Assembly (NCBI GenBank): GCA_036271495.1 | Contig: DATBAO010000120.1 | Span: forward strand, 547 to 64,546 | Direction: 5' to 3' | DNA length: 64,000 nt | Source: Acidimicrobiales bacterium | GTDB taxonomy: Bacteria; Actinomycetota; Acidimicrobiia; Acidimicrobiales; RAAP-2 | Shown here: positions 55,953 through 64,000 of the stretch, in pieces | Layout: every line of letters starts with the position of its first letter | Position numbering within the stretch: position 1 is the first letter of the stretch | The notes under the pieces: generated by a model | Told to the model about the DNA's origin: nothing | Seen by the model: the letters and a program-made list of their open reading frames with translations, nothing else | Databases searched by the model: none | Made by a program: the position numbers and the translations under genes

Positions 55953-55975
55953 TGCGAGGAGCGCGGCGGCCCCGG

Positions 55976-58036
<2,061 letters not shown>

Positions 58037-58056
58037 CCGTTCGGTAACCTGAGGCG

Positions 58057-58680
58057 ATGCCGGGTGCGATACAGGCGTCGTCGAGGCGGCTCACGGCCGA
58101 ACAGCGGCGCCAGCAGCTCTTCGCCGTCGCGCTGGAGCTCTTCGCCCAGCGGGGCTACCGCGCCACCACGATGGACGACATCGCGGAGGCGGCCGGGGTC
58201 ACCAAGCCGCTCCTGTATCAGCACTTCTCGTCCAAGCGCGCGCTCTACCTGGAGCTGGTCGACTCCATCGCCCAGGACGTCCTGGTGGCCATCGGGCGGG
58301 CCGTCATGCGGGCCGAGGGCCCCCGCCAGCAGGTCGAGCTGGGATTCGCCGCCTACTTCCGCCTGGTCGTGAGCCACGAGGCCGAGTTCCGGCTGCTCTA
58401 CGGCCGGGATCACGCCGACGACCTCGAGCTCGGCCGGGCCCTGCGCGCCGTGGAGGACGCCATCGCCGAGGCGATCGACCCCCTCATCGATGCCGGGCTC
58501 GACGACGACCACCGCCGGCTGCTGGCCTACGGCATCGTCGGCATGGCGGAGGGCGTGAGCCGCCGGTTCATGGCCCAGCGGCCCGACTCCGACGCCGAGG
58601 TCGACGAGGAGGCGCAGAAGCTGGCCCAACGCATGGCGGACCTCGCCTGGGCCGGACTGCGGTCCGTCCACGCCGACTGA
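58057..58680 (+). CDS. TetR-family transcriptional regulator
   Basis: LFAQRGYRATTMDDIAEAAGVTKPLLYQHFSSKRALY HTH signature. Confidence 0.9.
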   Translation: MPGAIQASSRRLTAEQRRQQLFAVALELFAQRGYRATTMDDIAEAAGVTKPLLYQHFSSKRALYLELVDSIAQDVLVAIGRAVMRAEGPRQQVELGFAAYFRLVVSHEAEFRLLYGRDHADDLELGRALRAVEDAIAEAIDPLIDAGLDDDHRRLLAYGIVGMAEGVSRRFMAQRPDSDAEVDEEAQKLAQRMADLAWAGLRSVHAD

Positions 58681-58698
58681 ATCGGACGGCGAGCTCCC

Positions 58699-59226
58699 TC
58701 AGAGCAGGGTGATGAGCGTCCGGCACAGCGTCCACAGCTCATCCACGCACGCGGCGTAGACGTCCGCGTCGTGTCCCGCCGGATCGAGGACGTCCTCGGT
58801 GTCGTCGAGCTCGACCTCGCCGAGGCCGAGCGCGGCCACGCGCTCGCCCAATACGGGGGGCGACGGGGGCAGATGCTCGGTCAGGTAGCGGATGGTGGCC
58901 GTCTTCGCCGCCGCATCGGGGAACTGGCGGCGCACGAAGCGCACATGGTCGGCTTCCATGACGACCACGATGTCGGCGCGCACGAGGTCGACGCCGTGCA
59001 CCTGGCGGCTCCGGTGCCGCCGGAAGTCCGTCTCGGCCAGCTCGGGGAGCCGTGTCAACGCCGTGCGGGTCCGCAGCCCCATCGGCTGACCGTCGATGGT
59101 GTGGGTCCCCGCGGTGACCACGTTGAGCGGCTCGCCGGGACGGCCGTCGCGCAGGACGTCGAACATGAAGCCGGCCATGACCGACCGCGCTGCGTTGCCG
59201 GTGCACAGCACCAGGAGCTCGGTCAC
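58699..59226 (-). CDS. Low-molecular-weight phosphotyrosine phosphatase / ArsC-like family
   Basis: GTG 59224-59226 overlaps the kinase stop (GTGA). (M)TELLVLCTGNAARSVMA gives the CxGNxxRS P-loop. DP (general acid) near the C-terminus. Confidence 0.83.
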   Translation of the reverse strand: MTELLVLCTGNAARSVMAGFMFDVLRDGRPGEPLNVVTAGTHTIDGQPMGLRTRTALTRLPELAETDFRRHRSRQVHGVDLVRADIVVVMEADHVRFVRRQFPDAAAKTATIRYLTEHLPPSPPVLGERVAALGLGEVELDDTEDVLDPAGHDADVYAACVDELWTLCRTLITLL

Positions 59227-60311
59227 GACGCGCCGAGCAGGAGGGCGGGCGCGTCGAGGTCGAGCGCGTGTTGGGCGTGGCGCGTCGAACTGGTGAGGAA
59301 CATGAGGTCGCCCCGCTCCGTCCGCTGCACGACCATGGAGGCGACGATGGCCATGAGGAGCCCGGCGAAGGTGTCGCGCCGGGCGTCGGCCCGCAGGTCC
59401 TCCAACGAGTAGTCGTGCACGCCACGCCGGCACAGGGCGTCGTGATAGTGCGCCAGGAGGTCGGGCTCGTGGGCGCGCCGATCAGCCGCGCTGAGGCAGC
59501 CGCCGATGAAATAGGCGACATCCATGGACGCCCCGGCCCAGACCACGGTCTGCCAGTCGACGACCACCGGCCGCGGCGTCCCCGGCTGGAACAACAGGTT
59601 GTCGAGACGGAAGTCGCCGTGGCTCGCGGTGCGCGGCCCGCCGCGCAGGCGCAGGTACGCGGGCAGGTGCTCGACGAAGGTGCGGCACACGGCCTGGTGC
59701 TCCGGGGCGAGCGTGTCGGCGTAGCGCTCCAGGAAGCCGGGGAGCAGCGAGGACACCAGCGCGACGAGGAACTCGTCGGACTCCGGGGTCTGCCGGTTCA
59801 GCCACTCGAGGCGCTCCAGTTCGGGCGCCTCCCAGCACGGCGCATGCAGGCCGGCCATCTCCTCGAGAACGGCCGCTGCCACATCCGGGTCGCAGGCGGC
59901 GATCTGGTCGCCCTGGGCGCCGCCGGCGATGTCCTCCATGAGGAGGGTGAACCACCCGGTCTCGGGCTCCACCTCGGCCAGGTAGACCGCCGGCACCCGG
60001 GCACTGATGCGGGCCGCGACCTCGCGGTAGAAGCGGACCTCTATTTCGTAGGCCCGCAGTGCCAGGCCGGTGCCGCGGCTCTGGTCGTCCGCCGAGGCGA
60101 ACTTGCCGACCACACTGGCCGGGCCGGCACCGGGCTCGTCCAGGGTCAGCGTGAACCGCGTCGTGTCCGCCATCTGCCCGGTCCCGATCGGCGCCGTCTC
60201 GAAGGAGCGCACCGAGGCCCCCTCCGCCAGCGCGCCCGCCCGCCGGAGGGCGTCAGTCAGCCACTCGGGCGTGACGTCGGAGTGGTGGCGGAGGAGCGGA
60301 GGGCCCGACAT
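59223..60311 (-). CDS. Phosphotransferase-family (APH/ecdysteroid-kinase-like) small-molecule kinase
   Basis: SHGDFRLDNLLF (HGDxxxxN catalytic loop), VVDWQTV (DxQ/DFG-equivalent). Confidence 0.8.
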   Translation of the reverse strand: MSGPPLLRHHSDVTPEWLTDALRRAGALAEGASVRSFETAPIGTGQMADTTRFTLTLDEPGAGPASVVGKFASADDQSRGTGLALRAYEIEVRFYREVAARISARVPAVYLAEVEPETGWFTLLMEDIAGGAQGDQIAACDPDVAAAVLEEMAGLHAPCWEAPELERLEWLNRQTPESDEFLVALVSSLLPGFLERYADTLAPEHQAVCRTFVEHLPAYLRLRGGPRTASHGDFRLDNLLFQPGTPRPVVVDWQTVVWAGASMDVAYFIGGCLSAADRRAHEPDLLAHYHDALCRRGVHDYSLEDLRADARRDTFAGLLMAIVASMVVQRTERGDLMFLTSSTRHAQHALDLDAPALLLGAS

Positions 60312-60376
60312 GGCAGGCCGACACTATGGCCCGCCCGGTCTGACGCGCCGAAACCGACCGGACCGCGCCCGCGCCG

Positions 60377-61600
60377 TCAGGCGGCTGCCGGGCGCGGTAC
60401 CGGGGGCGGAGGCTCGCGCAACGCCTGGCTGGTCGTGGCCCAGAGCGCCAGGCCCAACGCCCACGCGGTGAAGCACGCCACCGTCCAACGTGGCGTCGAG
60501 TGCTGCAACAAGAACCCGGCGATGAGCGGGGCAATTGACCCTGCCGACAGGGCGATCGCGCTGCGCACCGACTCGGACCGCCCGAGAAGCCGATCCGGTG
60601 TGACGGCGATCCGGTAGCCGTTCACCACCGAGTCGGTCGAGGGGACCGCGAGGCCGACCGGCACAAGCCCGACGGCCAGGACGACGGCATGGGGCCAGGC
60701 CAAGAAGACCGCACAGCCCAACCAGGCCCAGACCTCCAGGATCAGCACGGCGTGGACGGAGAGCCCGCGCCGAACGGTCGGCGACAAGATCGACCCGACG
60801 ACGACACTGGCAGCGAAGACGCCGGTCAGCAGGCCGATGACGCCGCCCGAGAGCCCCTCGCTCTCACCGATGACCACGATGCAAAAGAGCAGCCCGAAGG
60901 CCGTGAAGTTCAACAAGCCGTAGAGGAACGCCGTCGTGCGCAAGAAGGGCTGATGCCACATGAACGAGAGCCCGTCGGCGGCGCGTTGACGAAAGGAGCC
61001 CGTCTCCTCCTGTCGATCCTCCTGGAACTGGGCATGCATGAACAGGAGCGAAACCGTCGAACAGGCATACGAACAGGCGTCGAGCACGAAGGGGAGGGCC
61101 CGCCCGGCTTCGAAGAGCGCCCCACCCAGCGGCGGACCGACGATCCGTACTGCCGCGGTCCGGCCGCTCTGCGCACCGGCCGCCTCCGGCAGCTGCTCCG
61201 TCGGCACGACGGCACGGAGGGCGCCCGGCTCCGCGGCGTTGAAGATGGTGGTGCCGATGCCCTCGACGAAGGCCACGCACGGGAGGACCCAGAACGGGAT
61301 GTCCCCGACGACGAGGCTGAGGGCGAGTCCGGCCATGGCCGCGGCCCGGAGCGCGTCGGCCCCGATCATCAACGCACGCCGATTCCAGCGGTCGGCCGCC
61401 AGACCGGCCGGAATGGCCAGGAGGGCGATCGGAGCGGTGCGGGCGAAGGAGACGAGTCCCGCCTTGACCGCCGAGTGGGTCAGTGCAAGGGCGAGAAGTG
61501 GATAGGCGATGGCCGTCGCCTGGGTGCCGGCGCTCGACAGGAGCTGCCCCGTCTGGAGCAACACGAAGTCGCGGTTACGCCGGAGCGGCACGGCCGACAT
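60377..61600 (-). CDS. MFS transporter (EntS/DUF894-like)
   Basis: 407 aa. FVLLQTGQLLSSAGTQATAIAYPLL ... GLAADRWNRR loop motif. About 12 TM segments. Confidence 0.85.
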   Translation of the reverse strand: MSAVPLRRNRDFVLLQTGQLLSSAGTQATAIAYPLLALALTHSAVKAGLVSFARTAPIALLAIPAGLAADRWNRRALMIGADALRAAAMAGLALSLVVGDIPFWVLPCVAFVEGIGTTIFNAAEPGALRAVVPTEQLPEAAGAQSGRTAAVRIVGPPLGGALFEAGRALPFVLDACSYACSTVSLLFMHAQFQEDRQEETGSFRQRAADGLSFMWHQPFLRTTAFLYGLLNFTAFGLLFCIVVIGESEGLSGGVIGLLTGVFAASVVVGSILSPTVRRGLSVHAVLILEVWAWLGCAVFLAWPHAVVLAVGLVPVGLAVPSTDSVVNGYRIAVTPDRLLGRSESVRSAIALSAGSIAPLIAGFLLQHSTPRWTVACFTAWALGLALWATTSQALREPPPPVPRPAAA

Positions 61601-61666
61601 CGGGGCGACGCTATCCCGCCCGGTGTTGCCGCCCGGTGAGCATCAGAAATCGCCGGAGGCGACGAC

Positions 61667-63091
61667 TCAGATGCGTTCGATCCGCACCAGGTCTTCCGCA
61701 GCGTGGGACGAGTTCCCGTTGGTCTCGGGTGCGTTGGACGCCGTCCCCGGATCGTGCAGGACGATCTGGTTGCGCCCGGAGCGCTTCGCCAGCAGGAGCG
61801 CGTCATCGGCCCGGCGCAGGACAGCGGCCAGCTCCTCTCCCGGCTCGATCTCGGTGATCCCGAAGCTGGAGGTGAACTTGGGCAACCCCCCGACGGTTAT
61901 GGCGGCGTCGAGCTGCGCCTGCACCGTGGTGAGTGCGCGAGTGGCGTCAACGGCAGAGCAGTCCGGGAACGCGATGGCGAACTCCTCGCCGCCGTAGCGG
62001 GAGATCAGGTCGTGGCCCCGGAGCGCGTCGCGCAGGACGCGGGCGAACAGGCGCAGCGCGCGGTCGCCGGTCTCGTGCCCGTAGGTGTCGTTCAGGTTCT
62101 TGAAATGGTCGAGGTCCGCCATGGCCAACGCCACGGGGTGGAGATCGTGCGGGATCGCGGCCACCTTCTCGGAGAAGGAGCGCCGGTTCATCAGCCCCGT
62201 CAACGTGTCGGTCGACGCCTGCAGCTGCGTCTCCGCCATGACCCGCAACAGCCCGATCCGGGCGCCGGCCAATTTGGCCAGCGTGGTGAGGTCCTGCACC
62301 TGGGAGTCCTCGACCACCGCCTCGGGCTTGTCGGTGGCGTGGATCACGCCGACCGTCCGCCCCATGATGGAGACGGGGACGCAGAGCGCGGAGAGACGGC
62401 CCTGGGGCCGGTTGCGGAGCTTCGGGCAGGCATCGAGGTGGTCACTGTCGCCGAAGACCTGCACCTGGGCCCGCCGGGCGGCGGGGCAGCGGTCCGGCGA
62501 GTCGACGCTGCACGAAGGGAGCTCGCCGTCAGGCCCGACGCCGGCCATGCGCAGGAGATGAGCATGGCTGTTGTCGGCCAAGAGGAGCTCGACCGGTGCG
62601 TCGGGCACCACGGCCGCGAAGGACCGCTCGATCACGTCGATGACCTCGGGCTCGCCTTCAGCCATGTCCAGGGCGTTGGCCAGGCGACTCTCGAAGCGCT
62701 GGCGCTGCCCCTGCACTTCGCGGGTGATCCCCTCGCGGTCGGCGGCCTCGATGGCCTCGCTCAACTCGCGGGTGAGCGCCTGGACCTTGTCGTCGGTCTT
62801 CTTCTGCTGGCGATCGCTGATGATGACCAGCAGGAAGATCAACGGGAGGAGGATGGCGCACAGGACGGCCGCCGTCACCAGATACCCGGTGGCGCCCGAT
62901 CCGTACGAGCGGCCGATGGCCACTGCGGGCACGGTGAGAAGCCCGAGGACGACCAGTCCGGCCAGCGGGCTGACGAACCGCAGACGCTTGGCTTTCGCCA
63001 TCTCGCCATGCCATTCCTCTTCGGTGACCATGCCCACGATCCCTTCACGCGGCGCTCCCGGCCGACCCGCGGCCGACCTGGCACGACGCAT
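61667..63091 (-). CDS. Membrane-anchored diguanylate cyclase (2 TM + coiled coil + Cys-rich GAF-like sensor + GGDEF with I-site)
   Basis: RGHD-LISRY-GGEEF. Sensor region has four Cys (PSCSVDSPDRCP ... DACPKL ... ALCVPV). Start is ambiguous among ATG 63091, 63031 and 63001. Confidence 0.85.
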   Translation of the reverse strand: MRRARSAAGRPGAPREGIVGMVTEEEWHGEMAKAKRLRFVSPLAGLVVLGLLTVPAVAIGRSYGSGATGYLVTAAVLCAILLPLIFLLVIISDRQQKKTDDKVQALTRELSEAIEAADREGITREVQGQRQRFESRLANALDMAEGEPEVIDVIERSFAAVVPDAPVELLLADNSHAHLLRMAGVGPDGELPSCSVDSPDRCPAARRAQVQVFGDSDHLDACPKLRNRPQGRLSALCVPVSIMGRTVGVIHATDKPEAVVEDSQVQDLTTLAKLAGARIGLLRVMAETQLQASTDTLTGLMNRRSFSEKVAAIPHDLHPVALAMADLDHFKNLNDTYGHETGDRALRLFARVLRDALRGHDLISRYGGEEFAIAFPDCSAVDATRALTTVQAQLDAAITVGGLPKFTSSFGITEIEPGEELAAVLRRADDALLLAKRSGRNQIVLHDPGTASNAPETNGNSSHAAEDLVRIERI

Positions 63092-63122
63092 ACCCCCTGA
63101 TGAATCCGCCGTTCAGAGTGTC

Positions 63123-63168
63123 GGCAGCAACGGGGGGATCTTTAGGGGTGCCGGGCTGGGTTGCTGCC
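63123..63168. other. Long-loop inverted repeat GGCAGCAAC-N28-GTTGCTGCC, followed on the plus strand by TTCTTGTTTGCG, in the leader of the second GGDEF gene
   Basis: Read directly. 9-bp arms. Lies in the 146-bp gap between the Rieske gene stop and the GGDEF gene start. Confidence 0.3.
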
Positions 63169-63237
63169 TTCTTGTTTGCGCTGCCTTGTGACGAAATCCC
63201 TGGTAGGGCGGCCGCAGCGGGCAGAGCGCCGCGGTGA

Positions 63238-63987
63238 TCAGCCGTCGACGAGGAGTTCGCCGCTGGCGTCCACCACCACGGGTATGGGCGTCAGGCCATG
63301 AGGCGCCGGCGATCGCAGGACCGCACCTGTGCTCGGGTCGAACTCGGAGCCGTGACACGGGCACACGATGAGGTGGTCCGCGGCGGAATAGCCCACGGTG
63401 CACCCGGCGTGGGGACAGACGGCGTCAAAGGCCACGAACTGACCCCGCTGGAGCTGCAGCACCAGCGCGGGATCTCCCGACTTGGGATCGGTAAAACTCC
63501 CCGCGCCTCCCAGCGGGATGTCGCTGGCCAAACCTATCCGGGCTCCGGCCGGTTCGGTCGTGCTGGTCGACGGCGCCACTGGCGCCGCTGGCGTCGTCGT
63601 CGAGGGGCTCGTCCCGGGTGTGGTGGTACCGCTCGAGCGACCGGGACTCATGGCGACAGTTTGATTCCTGGGGTTCGGTGCCGCACCGATGACCCGCCCC
63701 AGTCCCGCGGCGGCACCGGCGACCACGCCACCTACCACGGCTGCCGCGGCGACGGCGGCACCGCCGAGAACGACGGTCCGGCGGTCGATCGCGCTGAGGC
63801 CCCGTTCCGCCGCCGTCTTGCGCCGCGGGCGCGGTTGGGCCGACAAGAACGGGCAGCGGCGGACGTCGCAGGGACGCCCGTCCCGCGCCGCGCAGGTGTC
63901 GTGGTCGAAGTTGCCACAGACTTCCTGGACGACGGAAAACCGCACCGGGACAACCGTGACGGGACCGAGGTCGTACTCGTCGGCCAC
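63238..63987 (-). CDS. Rieske [2Fe-2S] domain protein with twin-arginine motif, TM/signal segment and Thr/Pro-rich linker
   Basis: CPHAGCTV ... CPCHGSEF Rieske ligands. AIDRRTVVLGGAAVAAAAVV Tat-like motif about 70 aa into the longest ORF. A TTG at 63846 would give a canonical Tat signal. The reading frame stays open to the window edge, so the N-terminus is unresolved. Confidence 0.72.
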   Translation of the reverse strand: MADEYDLGPVTVVPVRFSVVQEVCGNFDHDTCAARDGRPCDVRRCPFLSAQPRPRRKTAAERGLSAIDRRTVVLGGAAVAAAAVVGGVVAGAAAGLGRVIGAAPNPRNQTVAMSPGRSSGTTTPGTSPSTTTPAAPVAPSTSTTEPAGARIGLASDIPLGGAGSFTDPKSGDPALVLQLQRGQFVAFDAVCPHAGCTVGYSAADHLIVCPCHGSEFDPSTGAVLRSPAPHGLTPIPVVVDASGELLVDG

Positions 63988-64000
63988 TCGGCCCGCGATG

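Overview
Very GC-rich, gene-dense chromosomal segment. I annotate 71 CDS. I saw no rRNA, tRNA, CRISPR array, transposase, integrase or prophage gene. All family calls are motif recognition by eye on the supplied six-frame track; no similarity search was run.

The host is an actinobacterium. Evidence: a WhiB1-like gene convergent with a PdtaS-type histidine kinase, a DUF3107 gene with tandem ArsA/Get3-like ATPases, the histidine-phosphatase/DUF3090/SCO1664 trio, and LmbE- and DinB-type genes. The secreted 'GYWL..DGG.F.FGDA' repeat protein and the System I ccm genes suggest a deep, non-mycobacterial lineage such as Acidimicrobiia (inference only).

Most content is core metabolism and maintenance: argS, aconitase, DEAD-box helicase, bcp, Fpg/Nei, family-5 UDG, etfBA, dGTPase, Mrp/ApbC, cysteine desulfurase and gmd.

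Most notable items:
- A complete, translationally coupled System I cytochrome c maturation operon (ccmABCDEFGH plus a TPR CcmI-like gene) with ccdA nearby, in a phylum normally assigned to System II.
- An uncharacterised conserved trio: histidine phosphatase, DUF3090 zinc-ribbon protein and SCO1664 PI3/4-kinase-like protein.
- A secreted six-repeat (propeller-like) CHAP protein.
- A stand-alone FrhB-family iron-sulfur flavoprotein paired with a PaaI thioesterase.
- Sharp candidate operators: a perfect TGTGA-N6-TCACA CRP-type site before whiB, an AT-rich 9-4-9 palindrome before a YtrA-type GntR/ABC operon, and an 11-bp tandem direct repeat before aconitase.
- Two GGDEF cyclases, one behind a 371-bp palindrome-rich leader.

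Many very long ORFs in the track are wrong-frame or antisense artefacts of the high GC content and were rejected. Several start codons (GTG/TTG) were re-placed by hand and remain uncertain.
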